Positions 1 to 11,813 of a stretch of DNA of 64,000 nt are shown here, in pieces (positions within the stretch are counted from its first letter, which is position 1; each line of letters begins with the position of its first letter). The notes beneath the pieces were generated by a model. That model had not been told where the DNA came from. It ran no database searches and saw only the letters and a list, made by a program, of their open reading frames with translations. A program made the translations under genes and the position numbers. This DNA comes from Octopus sinensis (taxonomy: Eukaryota), in the NCBI RefSeq assembly GCF_006345805.1, contig NC_043009.1, positions 310,001 to 374,000 on the forward strand. The letters run 5' to 3'.

Positions 1-59
1 CTAATACCTTGGCTAAAATCTAAAACTCTGAATTAAGCATAGTTATGAGCCTGAAGTTA

Positions 60-2083
60 TCTAATGTGTCCCTCTTGTTTTCTTCTTTCGACTCACAGAA
101 CTGGGAATACTCCTGTTCTGCTGTCAGTTGCAGTAGAACGCTTCGAGGAGATCGGCGAGCAAGTCTGGCATATTTACATAAAGTTTATAGTTCAGAACAT
201 TTAAACCGGGTGACTTGCGCCTCGTGCAGCCGACAAGGGCATCCTGAATTTCAGCTGAAGTTATCTTCATTTCACGGCGCCCGGCGTCGGCCGTTGAGCG
301 ACGCGGCAAACCGTCGAGTTAATTACTAAAGTCCACTACCATCTCCACCCTCCCACTCTCTCCGATCAACCGAGCAAAGTGCTGGCGAAAGACTTCACAC
401 ATATGCCTGGAATCGCTCAGCTTGTGTCCGTCTCGGTCCGTCAAAAACCGAATTGTGGTTCTGTTATCACGCTGCGCCTCCGCTACGCGAGTCCATCGAA
501 CAGCTTTGATCCCCTTGTTTCATAGAGCACGCGCCTTAGCTCTGACAATGCAACCTTCATGTTTCGCATTGAAGAATTGGTTTAATGCCATTCTTGCTGC
601 TAGCACGTCGATTACAATGTCACTACAAATAGCCTTTCTAGTTTAGTTACCAACCCCTCCTTCTTTCTATTTTTTCTAACGCTATTTCTTCGATAAACCC
701 TATTGATATCAATCTAACCTCTCTTTTGAGAGCCACCCACCACCTGTTGTTGACGACCCTCCCTGTCAACTTCTGCTTAACTAATTTGTTGACCCGGTCC
801 CTGTAAGCCTTACGTGTCAGAAACGACATGTTCACCTTCAAGTACCCGGGTCCTAACCCACGCATCTTATCTACCGTACAGATTACAAACTTATGGTCTG
901 AATAGGTGACCGTTTTAAAAGTGGACATCCTACACTATAACTATCTATTTCCCTAGTGCAAATACTATCTGTATACGATCCAGATGATTCTGAGCGGTTG
1001 GTCTAGGTCCACACTGATGCATTAGGGAAATCTTGTCGGTACCTGTCAGCAGTTGGAACTGGCTGATTAGGTGCTTGAGTCTTTTGCACACCCTCTTCTA
1101 TCAGCTATTCCTACAAAATCCCAGCGTTGGTCTAAGATTCTGTTCCAGTCCCCTACTACGGTAAAAGGCAAGACGTATCTAGAAAGGCTTCCAGACACCT
1201 AAAGAAATCCGGCCGTTTGGCTCCGGTGGGAGCGTAGACAGCCACCAGTCTAAATATATTACCTTCACTATTGCTCACGTCCCGGGTCTCGGAAGATCGA
1301 CTTTACCTCAAGATCCAGTTATTTTCTAAACAGCACTGCTACTATTCACCCATTCCCTATCTGGTAGTCGTCGAACATGGAGTCCAATGCGCGTGCATTG
1401 GCAATCCTGGTCTCACTGACAGCAATTATATCCATTTCTAGAGACCTGAGATCGTTGAGCAGGCGCCCTTGTTCCCAGGGCGATCACAGGCCTCGATCAT
1501 TTAAAATGCTTACTCTTAATATGGCCATGTTGACATGCTAAAGAGAGAGGGGAAAGATTTACTTACCTCCCGGTGTCTTGTGAAAGTAGGGTGGTTCGAC
1601 TTCCATAATTGGTGGGGATTTTTGGGGGGAACCTCGTTAGGAGTCTTGATGTTGGTCTCTCTCGTTCGGGGTTCCCACGTCCTCCAGAAAGCTCTCTCTC
1701 CAAATTTTGTGTAGGAATCGAGCGACATTCGCACTAGAAGTAAATCTGGTACGCATCCCAAAAGCCACCTAATATCAAGTCCTGATGGGATCCTAGGAAT
1801 GCAGACACGTGCTGTACGCTTCCCCATGTGGGAGGCGTGCATAATGAATTTACTGGTTTTGCAAGGGGTTATTGAGTGTTTCATAGCGAGGGCTTCTGAC
1901 TTAAGCAGCACCGAAATGGTGCCGTATTGTTTTCCCCTCGCTATGTTCTCGATGTCATTTCTGACGCACCTCAATATTTACTCGGGCAATTAAAGCCGCT
2001 CTTTTCGTGCCTGCTGAGATACCTCTGAAAATCCCCGTTCTTCTCACCACTGCTTCAATTGCCTCGGGAGGAATAGTTACATT
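60..2083 (-). mobile_element. Degraded L1/Tx1-clade LINE (ORF1 fragment + AP endonuclease + start of RT region)
   Basis: ORF1 DIENIARGKQYGT is homologous to 50882 DIKYIARGRTYGT; endonuclease motifs SETR, VYAP, GDWN, YSDHK; MPDLL..QQN matches ORF2 at 53321. Confidence 0.85.
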
Positions 2084-2274
2084 GCAGTTGCTCAGAGGCA
2101 CCGCGGGACAAGGGGTCCAATACAGACCTATGCTGTGGGTTGCTCTCAATATATAAATAATATGTGGCTCAGTGAACTGATTTGCTCAGGAGCCTTGGGT
2201 CTAGAGATTCAATTAAGACCTATGTATGTTGTGACTTGCTCTCAAAATATAAATAATATAGGGTCCAGTGTACT
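2084..2274 (+). repeat. ~2 units of a 96-bp tandem repeat
   Basis: Same start (gcagttgctcagaggcaccgcgggac) and unit as 49851-50330. Confidence 0.85.
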
Positions 2275-2409
2275 CTGTGTTTTCGTTGTTTGAAAAAAAG
2301 TTCGTTTCCATGTTTTTCTTTTTATGTTTTCGATTCTCATTGTGTTCAACGTTTTTATGGTGTCCTGTACCCATATATGCATGTATATATGCATATAGAT
2401 GTAGGTATG

Positions 2410-2474
2410 TATATATATGTATGTATATATGCATGTCTATATATTATTTCTGTTATTATATATATATATATTTA

Positions 2475-2506
<32 letters not shown>

Positions 2507-2529
2507 GTATATACACACACACACACACA

Positions 2530-2589
<60 letters not shown>

Positions 2590-2618
2590 AATATATATAT
2601 ATACATAAATAGATAGAT

Positions 2619-2657
<39 letters not shown>

Positions 2658-2666
2658 GAGATAGAG

Positions 2667-2721
<55 letters not shown>

Positions 2722-2722
2722 G

Positions 2723-2768
<46 letters not shown>

Positions 2769-2780
2769 ATAAATAAATAA
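2410..2780. repeat. Compound microsatellite (TA)n/(CA)n/(GATA)n
   Basis: Directly visible. Confidence 0.95.
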
Positions 2781-2971
2781 ATTCGCCTTTGGAATAGAAA
2801 AGAAGTCTATTTTTATTTCTTCTTTTTCTGGTGTCTCAAATTTAAGTTAAATCAGTGTTTCTCAAATGGGAGGCCTATGGGATGGTCGGACAAGTTGTTT
2901 TAGGAAAATTTGGTTTAATGTTTGACAACTCTCGCACCGTCCATTGGACGGGGGATGTTTTGCTCGTATCG

Positions 2972-3008
<37 letters not shown>

Positions 3009-3058
3009 GTATGTGTGTATGTATGTATGTATGTATATATATGTATATATATATATAT

Positions 3059-3106
<48 letters not shown>

Positions 3107-3954
3107 GCACACAAACAAAATATAAAGCAAAGTAAGATTGGATGTACCGCACTAGTGAAAATATATAGGAAAGATTGATTTGAAAAGAAGAGGTATTTTA
3201 AAGATGTCTTACATTTTCAAATCCCCTTCCCTATATATATATATATATAGATATATATATATATATATATATAATATACTATACGTATATATATATGTAT
3301 ATATGTATATTTAAATATAATTTAAATATCGATTTATCAAGTGGCTAGTATGGGAAAAAAACTTCAAAGGTAAGAATTATTAATAAATTTATAATTTATG
3401 GTATCTAAGAGATACCACCACGCTGAAAATAGAAGCAAAAATCTGACTCTAAAACTACATTAAATATTCATAGAGCACCAGGAGATAAGACAAACTGACA
3501 ACATAAACTAGCAAAAAATTACTGGATCCAGTGATACCAGTAGTGGTAATGGTGGTGGTGGCAGTATTTTTTGTTGTTGTTGTTTAAACTCATTTCAACC
3601 GTGTTTGGCCAGATCTGTGATCAAAGTGTTTCCAACCATGACTGTCTTGTCTTTTCCTCCCTGACACTAAGTACTTATCATTGTATCCATTATCCAATGC
3701 ATCTTCCCTCTTCTTTAAGACAGTAAACTTTGATTTTGATACCTTACCACGCTTATTTCACTCACCTCCCCCTCCCCATACTCTATCCCTTGCCACCTCT
3801 CCCTCCCCCCCTCTGGACTGCAACCCACCATTCTACCCACCTTCCATTTTGCTTCACCGAAATCAACGACGTCTTTTCACTTAACACCCTTTGCCTTTCT
3901 TCCTTTCTATCTGCTGTTGACGAAGGAATATTGTCTTCTCTGGAACTTTCCCAC

Positions 3955-4508
3955 GGTGTTGTCCGGAAAGTTCATGCCGACTTATAGTAGCTTACTTTTC
4001 GACTTATTTTAGAACATGGTTGAGTCCATAAAATAAGATTTGACTACACCTCCATTTAGAGCACAGTTTAAGCTATCTTTTCGTGGAAGAAGGTTTATGT
4101 TCCTATAATCTGTGTTAATTCTGTAACCCTTTAAAATGGAAAATAAGAAAGTTCATTTTCGGCACTTGATGCTTTGGGAACCAGACAAAAATTGCTGCAG
4201 CTCGGCTGGAATGTTACCCCATCCTCCATATTCACCAGATATTGCTCCTTCAGATTTCCACTTATTCAGGTCTCTGCAGAATAGTCTTAATGGTAAAGAT
4301 TTCAATTCCTTGGATGACGTAAAAAGACACCTTGATGAATTCTTTGCCATGAAACCACCTCGAAGAGGGTATTTTCAAGTTAAAGGAAAGATGGAGACGC
4401 ATTGTGCAACAAATTGGTTCATATTTGGTTGATTAAAAAATTAATGGCAAGTATTTATTGACTTTTTCTTTCCTTTAAAATCGGCACGAACTTTCCGGAC
4501 AACTAAAT
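3955..4508 (+). mobile_element. Internally deleted mariner element (paralog 55418-55986)
   Basis: TIRs gttgtccggaaagttcatgccga / tcggcacgaactttccggacaac; transposase pieces MENKKVHFRHLML and PHPPYSPDIAPSDFHLF. Confidence 0.9.
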
Positions 4509-5099
4509 ATATTTGAAGATCTACACTTGTACACTATTTTGTTGCTTTTTGTTTATCCTTCTTTTTTCCTTGGGGCAAGATGGCGAGATTGCAGGGCGAG
4601 GGTCCTTGTAACATGAGTGGGATATTTAGTTCCTGGTCCAGGCCACTTGGCAATAAGTAAGTGACAAGTTCCTTTATTAATTCCTAAGCATTAAATTAAC
4701 CAGTTAGCGTTTGTTGTTTCCGGCTAACTTATAGAATACACGCACACGCACACACTCTCACACACACACACACATATATATATGTATACATACATGTACA
4801 CATAGATACGCACACACACACACATACATATGCACATAGAAACACCCACGCGCGCACACACACAAACACACGCAGAGATACACACTCACAGGCATACATA
4901 AATACATGCATATAATCATACATAAATACATGAAAATACATTTATACATGCACTGTATCTGTCTGTGTGTGCGTGCGCTTGTGTGTGCGTGCGTGCGAAT
5001 ATACATATAATTGCCTGGTTTGTATTGGACGGAAGAACCTCGCCTGCAACAGTCACTACTAAAAATTCTTTGAAAGGAAAAAAATAAAAAAGTGTCGCT

Positions 5100-5273
5100 G
5101 TCTGCTAACCTAACAATTCGCTTCAGTTACATCGGCTGACAACTACACTTGAAGGAGCAACAGTTTTGCGTCCAGTCAAAAGAAAAAACAAAATTATCCT
5201 ATAGTCTTAAAAATAATCAGCGTTCGGCGTTAATTTTCCTACATACAGTAAGAAAACTAAAAATCTTACCACC
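5100..5273 (+). promoter_or_regulatory. Putative proximal promoter / 5' UTR of the neuritin-like gene (paralogous block ~56582-56755)
   Basis: Unique sequence directly upstream of the ATG, near-identical between paralogs (a few substitutions); TSS not identifiable. Confidence 0.4.
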
Positions 5274-5310
5274 ATGAACGGATTATATTATGGAATATGC
5301 CTTTTATTCG
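5274..5310 (+). CDS. Exon 1 of neuritin-like secreted/GPI-anchored protein gene, copy 1 (MNGLYYGICLLF-, phase 1)
   Basis: Kozak-like accaccATG; 37 nt ending at a G|GTAAGT donor; joins in frame to exon 2 to give the signal peptide MNGLYYGICLLFVIGSAMA; identical in the paralog. Confidence 0.8.
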
Positions 5311-5355
5311 GTAAGTTGTATTAACATCTAAAACTTTTGGAAGAGAATGAGAAAC

Positions 5356-5389
<34 letters not shown>

Positions 5390-5479
5390 TATGACGATAG
5401 TGTTTTACATTTCTTTGTTTATAATTTTAAGTGCAAAGCCCGCAAATTTGAATAAAATGGACTTAGTCGAATCGGTTTT

Positions 5480-5697
5480 TTTTTTCGATGACGTAAAAAG
5501 ATACCTTGATGAATTCTTTGCCATCAAACCACCTCAATTCTGGAAAGAGAGTGATTTCAAGTTAAAGGAAAATACGGAGACGCATTGTGCAACAAAATAG
5601 TTCATATCTGGTTGATTAAAAATTTAATGACAAGTAATTTTTGACCTTTTTCTTTCCTCTAAAAATCGGCACGAACTTTCCAGTCAACCCAATATAT
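5480..5697 (+). mobile_element. 3' fragment of the same mariner family (paralog ~56990-57205)
   Basis: DDVKRYLDEFFA..PPQFW peptide plus right TIR tcggcacgaactttccagtcaac. Confidence 0.8.
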
Positions 5698-7094
5698 ATT
5701 TACTCGACAATAAACGTGGCGTGCAAAGAAGTTTATTCTATTCTATTTTATTTCGTTTTGTTTATTTACTTATTTATTTATTCATTTTGTAATATAACCG
5801 AACAATCACTTTATTCTTACTGAACCAGTCATTTCGAACAGTTTTAATTATTTTCTATTTTTTGTTGTGTGTTGAAACTATTCTATTGCCATTTCCAACC
5901 GCGTTCGCGATTTTTCACGAGACATGTTTAAAAATTTGCTAAAAGAGATCAGTGAAAATACTTTTTTAAACATGGCTTAAATTATTAGTGTGAAATGAGC
6001 TGAACAGTGCAGTTAGCGGATATTAGCAGCTAGTAGAACATCAGAACTATAAGACTTTTGCCACCATATTTTTGAAAAGATATACTGCTTTATCCAATTA
6101 GTTTTGAAATTAATAAAGAAGGATGGTTTCAAATTTTGGCATGAGCCCAGCACAATTTTAAGGGAGTGGGACAAGTCAATTAAATCGAGCTTAATATTCG
6201 ACTGGAGCTGTTACTCAATTTATTGACCCCAAATTACTGGCCTCGCACCGAAATTAGAAACCATTAAAAATATTGAGAGTTTAAGGCTGCGCACTGGCGG
6301 AATCAGTAACGAATTGAACAAAATACCAAGCGGCATTTCTTCCGGCTCTTTACGTTTTGAGTTCAAATTCCACCGAGAGTGATTTTTACCTTCATCCTTC
6401 CTGGTTTATTGACCACTGACGTCGATATTATCGACTTATCCCATCCACTGAAACTGCTGGTTTTGTGCCAAAATCTAAAACCGTTATTAATCTAGTGTGC
6501 TGAGTATAACAATTAACATGGAATTACAGTGGAAGGGGTTAATTTTGATTTCTTTTAATCAAGTCTATATCGTAGAACAAGGAGTGGTGGCCTGGGGTGG
6601 CCTGGTATCAAAAAGGTTAACAAATTAAAGGGCTCAATATTGATAACATTATAGTCGAAATATTCAGCAATGAAGGAATGAATGCTTAAAAAAGTATTAA
6701 AAAGGGTAAGTATTCAATACAGACAGCAGTGGATCCTCACCGTTTGACGACGAGGATTTGGTTGTTCTATCAACAGAATGTTTGCCTCTTAATTAGAGAG
6801 TGAATTACTGTGTATTCCTCAGACACGAGCAACTTCCCGTAATTCTCCGCCAGAACCAGCTTCACACATCGAGCGTGACCAGGCCGTACATTTTGATTAC
6901 AGGAAAACTTTGAATTCATGCGTTTGTACATTTTCCGTCTACCCAACTTTACTCATTCGTTATGAACTGGAAGGAGGCTGCCCAAAAAGACATTTGCCCA
7001 GGATCTCAGGCAGAAGGATCAAACGCGTGGCCTCCTTCAAAAGCGGTCTTCTTAAACAATCGGCCATGCTTCGTCTACATATATATTTTTTTTT

Positions 7095-7321
7095 TTATTG
7101 CCCACAAGGGTCTAAACATAGAGGGGACAAACAAGGACAGACAAACGGATTAAGTCGATTATATCGACCCCAGGGCGTAACTGGTATTTAATTTATCGAC
7201 CTCCGAAAGGATGAAAGGCAAAGTCGACCTCGGCAGAATTTGAACTCAGAACGTAACAGCCACGAAATACCGCTAAACATTTCGCCCGACGCGCTAAAGT
7301 TTCTGCCAGCTCGCCGCCTTA
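7095..7321 (-). mobile_element. tRNA-derived SINE, present only in duplication copy 1
   Basis: Head aaggcggcgagctggcagaa..gttctgagttcaaatt; absent at the paralogous site ~58495. Confidence 0.8.
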
Positions 7322-7660
7322 ACATATACATATACATGTTTGCCTGAGTATACTTGGAAGTGTACTGTGTTTTTCAACACAGTAAGTCTTTAAAGGAGGG
7401 CTTTTCCTGGACGAAATACACAAGCCCCGCCCCCACACACATACACGTGATGTTTGGTTGCGCAATCAGCATGACGTTTCCTTAACGAGATTCATGATTG
7501 GCTAGTTGCAATTTGACGTGAACAGCATATGCGACGGTACGTGTCGGTCGATGTTTCATCCAACTTAAACTGTAATTATATAACTTTTAAACATGATATT
7601 AGTTATAAAGACATTTCTGTTGCATTTTCTAAATAAATACACCATAACCAAACGTTCTCA

Positions 7661-8017
7661 CTTGTTAAATAAACACTAATAAACTAAAAGCCGGAAGAAT
7701 AAGGATGAGAAAGAGTTGGTAGAGAAATAATAAAAGAAAATGGAATAAGATATACAAGGAAAAAAAGAGTGACTAAAGAGGCGACACTTTATTCCACGTT
7801 GCTCCAGTTGTAGAAACGTCTCTGGTGCCAACTGTATCGGCCTTGGCTTTCACTTGGATAACATTAGTGGCGACTGGTATGCATGGACGGCTGCTGGCCT
7901 TCCATAAATAACCTTGCTTGGAATATATCTTATTCCATTTTCTTTCATCATTTTCCTACCAACTCTTTCTCATCCTCATTCTTCCGACTTTTAGTTTATT
8001 AGTATTTATTTAACAAG
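7661..8017. repeat. 94-bp inverted repeat pair (7661-7754 / 7924-8017) around a SINE fragment; paralog 58832-59188
   Basis: Arms are reverse-complementary with a few mismatches. Confidence 0.85.
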
Positions 8018-8059
8018 CATGGACGTTTGGTTATGGTGCAGAGGATTGCGGTCACCATC

Positions 8060-8350
8060 AGGAGAGACCATGTGTGAACCCGACGGTAGTGGGCATAGAT
8101 ATTTAGGGATTTTGGAGCAAGATGACATTCTACACAAAGAAATGAAAGTCAAGGTCAGCGAGGAGTATCAAAAAAGGGTGAAGATGGTGCTGACATCCAA
8201 CCTGAATGTCAAGAATTTGATTACTGCAATGAATATCTGGGCTGTTGCGGCGATCAGATATAGTGCGTCCATCCTAAAATGGACAAAAGAGGATATTTGA
8301 ACACTGCATAGAAGGACGAGAAAATTCATGACGCCGCATGGGGCGCTACT
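8060..8350 (+). mobile_element. R4/Dong-like LINE RT fragment (paralog ~59230-59525)
   Basis: YLGILE..MKVKVSEEYQKRVK..LN.KN.ITA.N.WAV..IRYS is homologous to the Dong-like ORFs in this window. Confidence 0.75.
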
Positions 8351-9138
8351 ATCGTAATACCTGTCATACCGTCTGCTCAATGCCTGTCATACCGTCTATC
8401 ATTTTTGTAATAGACTTTTGAGGTCCTTCAACTTTCATGATACTTTGTTTCGTGGGGGAGACCACAGTAGACAACAGTATTCAGGCTGAGGTCGGGCAAA
8501 AGTGGAGAAGAGAAGGATAATGGTGTGGATATCTCATGACTGGAAAGTTATGAGAATCCAGAAACACATTCCGCAGGCCATGTCAACTTTGCTGTTTATA
8601 TGAGAGCCCAGCTTATGCTGTTGTCCACAATTACTCCCAATATTCTGATGTTGTTGGATGGCACGAGAGTTTCACCTGAAGGAAGAGAGTATGAGAGTTT
8701 CAGGGTGTCTTCTTTTCCGAAGTGGATTAATTAAAATTTTGTCCTCGTTCAGCAGCATATTATTCTTTTCCGCTAATTTGATGACAGCCAGTAGATCTGA
8801 CTGATTGTATGTCCGGTCACCCACTGCATTGATGACCTTCTGGATCTTGGAATCGTCTGCATAGATTCATATGTTGCTGTGCTTGATGATGTCAGTAATA
8901 TCATTGATATAGATGATGAAAAGAAGTGGGCCCAACATAGTGCCTTCTGGGACACTGCTACTGACTTTGGCTGGGCTTGATTTTACTCCTTCGACTACAT
9001 GTTGGGTTCCGTCTGTGAGGAAACACTTGATCCGTTGTAGTAATCCAGTGCTGAAATCAAGGTATTCAAGCCCTCTCCCAAAGCTCTCAAAATGTCATCA
9101 AAGTGATGCAGGAGCTGTATTAGGCAGTTCCTTCCATT
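8350..9138 (-). mobile_element. CR1/Jockey-type LINE RT fragment (paralog ~59540-60420 is longer)
   Basis: SGVPEG..FGPLLFIIYINDI motif on the minus strand. Confidence 0.75.
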
Positions 9139-9139
9139 C

Positions 9140-9195
9140 TAGCAAAAACTGTCTGATGAACGGCAACGAGAAACTCAGAGTAACAGATTTTGTTG
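9140..9195 (+). ncRNA. Type I hammerhead ribozyme motif (PLE-type)
   Basis: Stem I tagcaaaaactgt/acagattttgttg, CUGAUGA 9153-9159, cg-GCAA-cg stem II, GAAAC-ucag-aGUA; predicted cleavage after 9182. Confidence 0.7.
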
Positions 9196-9217
9196 AATTT
9201 TCTGCTGCTTAAAATAA

Positions 9218-9254
<37 letters not shown>

Positions 9255-9365
9255 TATATATAGATAATATATATATATATATTATATAGTATGTATATAT
9301 TTGCATATATATATGTATACATTATCAATATATATATGCATATATATATACATATATATATATAT

Positions 9366-9570
9366 ATTCAAACACATAAGAGATGGCCATAATAGGACAT
9401 CTGACTCACTAGAAAGAGCAGTTAAACTCCAAACTACTAATAGTTGTAATTCTGAAATGGAAAGAGAAATAAGAACGTTTGACCTATCTTTTCTGGAATA
9501 TGCATGGAGTTTAACTGCTCTTTCTAGTGAGTCAGATGTCCTATTATGGACACCTCTTATGTGTTTGAAT
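9366..9570. mobile_element. MITE-like hairpin with 66-bp terminal inverted repeats
   Basis: Arms 9366-9431 and 9505-9570 differ at ~2 positions; TA-rich flanks. Confidence 0.7.
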
Positions 9571-9668
9571 GTATATTACATAGTCTATTGACTATTTTCT
9601 TCTTTCTCGCTAGACCGAATGTTTTTCCTAACCTAAATTTTATTAATATATATATATATCTATATATA

Positions 9669-9716
<48 letters not shown>

Positions 9717-9727
9717 ATATATATATA

Positions 9728-9767
<40 letters not shown>

Positions 9768-9800
9768 TAGTGTTCTCTGTGTGTGTGTATAAACATACAT

Positions 9801-10095
9801 AGGCGCATGGCTCATTCGAATCCCAGACCGGGCTGCGTGTTGCGTTCTTGAGCAAGACACTTTTTCTCAGACTGCTCCTAGTCACTCAGCTGTAGAAATG
9901 AGTTGCGACGTCACTGGGCCGAAGCTGTATCGGTGTTTGCCTTTCCCTTTCGATAACAATGGTGGCGTGGAGAGGGGAGGCTGGCATGCATGGGTGACTG
10001 CTGGTCTTCCATAAACAACCTTACCCTGACTAGTATCTGGGAAGGTAACTTTCTAGGTACAATCCCATAGTAAGTCATGACCGAAGGGGGTCTCA
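9801..10095 (+). mobile_element. tRNA-derived SINE (paralog ~61660-61990 has the complete head)
   Basis: ggcgcatggctca..gttcgaatcc tRNA-like boxes, CA-repeat tail. Confidence 0.75.
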
Positions 10096-10137
10096 GACAG
10101 ACAGACACACACACACACACACGCATATACATACACA

Positions 10138-10174
<37 letters not shown>

Positions 10175-10175
<1 letters not shown>

Positions 10176-10481
10176 CACGTGATCAAGTGACCGACCAGAC
10201 CATCAGATGTTGTTACACATCGCTGGTCACAATGCGTTCGCATTGTGTTAGACTTCGAATGACGCCACCCCGCTGGCTAAGCGAGCAGGCCAACAGAAGA
10301 AAGAGTGGGAGAAAGAGTGGTGAAAGAACACAGCAGGGATCACCCCCCCCCCCTGCCGGAGCCTCGTGGAGCTTTTAGCTGTTTTCGTTCAATAAACACT
10401 CACAACGCCCGGTCTGGGAATCGAAACCGCGATCCTACGACCGCGAGTCCGCTGCCCTAACCACTGGGCGATTGCGCCTCC
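10175..10481 (-). mobile_element. tRNA-derived SINE (duplicated at 11472-11779)
   Basis: Head ggaggcgcaatcgcccagtggttagggcagcgg..ggtttcgattcc (A/B boxes). Confidence 0.85.
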
Positions 10482-10515
<34 letters not shown>

Positions 10516-10714
10516 TAATATATAATAATAAATATTAGGGAATAAATCCAAATTTACAGGGAAAATCAGATTTAGGATTGAATCCAATTTTATAGTAAAA
10601 TATTATATAATATTAATTAGAGACAAAACCACTATTTTGCAAATCAAACAAAGAAAGACTTAATCCAATACATAAAAAAAAAATTTTAATATAAATTAAA
10701 TAAAATTATATTCG

Positions 10715-10760
10715 CCACTACAATTGTTTCGTGTCTCTTCTCAGGACATTCATCAGGTGG
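10715..10760 (-). ncRNA. Minimal hammerhead ribozyme motif in a Penelope-like terminal fragment (duplicate at 12012-12057)
   Basis: Minus strand ccac-CUGAUGA-augucc..gacac-GAAAC-aauu-GUA-gugg; palindromic stem III acaattgt. Confidence 0.7.
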
Positions 10761-11419
10761 ATTTCAGATCTAAAAATAATCAATATTTTTAAGATATAAA
10801 TTTAAAATGACTAAAACTATAATAATATAAATTTATCAATGAAAATATATATATATATATATATAATCTATATATAATCAAGAACTAAAATAACATCTAT
10901 AAACAATTGAATATAAAGAACCCTAGTATTTAAGTTCTCATATTAAAGATGAAGAATCTAATTTCAAAAAACAAAATAAAATAAAATATATACAAACACA
11001 CATGCTCATACACATATATCTAAGTATATATATAAACATATCTAAATACATACACTAACTCACACACCCGTATATATATCTCTATACATACCATAAACAT
11101 CTAGGCAATGATAATTAATAAAGTAGCCGTATACTTAAACACATTACTTATTCGTACTCCCACACACACACATACAACCCTCATTCATAAACACACTCAC
11201 TCTGCATGACAACCACACATCCAACATCCGCAAATACTCAACCACAACAACAGAAACATTTTATTCTTAGCAATAAACTACCGAATACCATATACACATA
11301 TATACAACACCATACATAAATACTTAAAACAAACACACACACCACACACACATATTCCAAATACCACATGCATACAACAAACATACACAAATACGCAAAC
11401 AAACACACACACACACACG

Positions 11420-11472
<53 letters not shown>

Positions 11473-11779
11473 CACGTGATCAAGTGACCGACCAGACCAT
11501 CAGATGTTGTTACACATCGCTGGTCACAATGCGTTCGCATTGTGTTAGACTTCGAATGACGCCACCCCGCTGGCTAAGCGAGCAGGCCAACAGAAGAAAG
11601 AGTGGGAGAAAGAGTGGTGAAAGAACACAGCAGGGATCACCCCCCCCCCCCTGCCGGAGCCTCGTGGAGCTTTTAGCTGTTTTCGTTCAATAAACACTCA
11701 CAACGCCCGGTCTGGGAATCGAAACCGCGATCCTACGACCGCGAGTCCGCTGCCCTAACCACTGGGCGATTGCGCCTCC

Positions 11780-11813
<34 letters not shown>

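Noticed and set aside
2853-2960. hAT-like terminus cagtgtttctcaa
   Set aside because: No matching opposite terminus or TSD was found.
2213-3178. Many 60-120-aa ORFs rich in YI/HT/CV/I/N/K here and across the window
   Set aside because: They are translations of (TA)n, (CA)n, (AAT)n and (GAA)n microsatellites.
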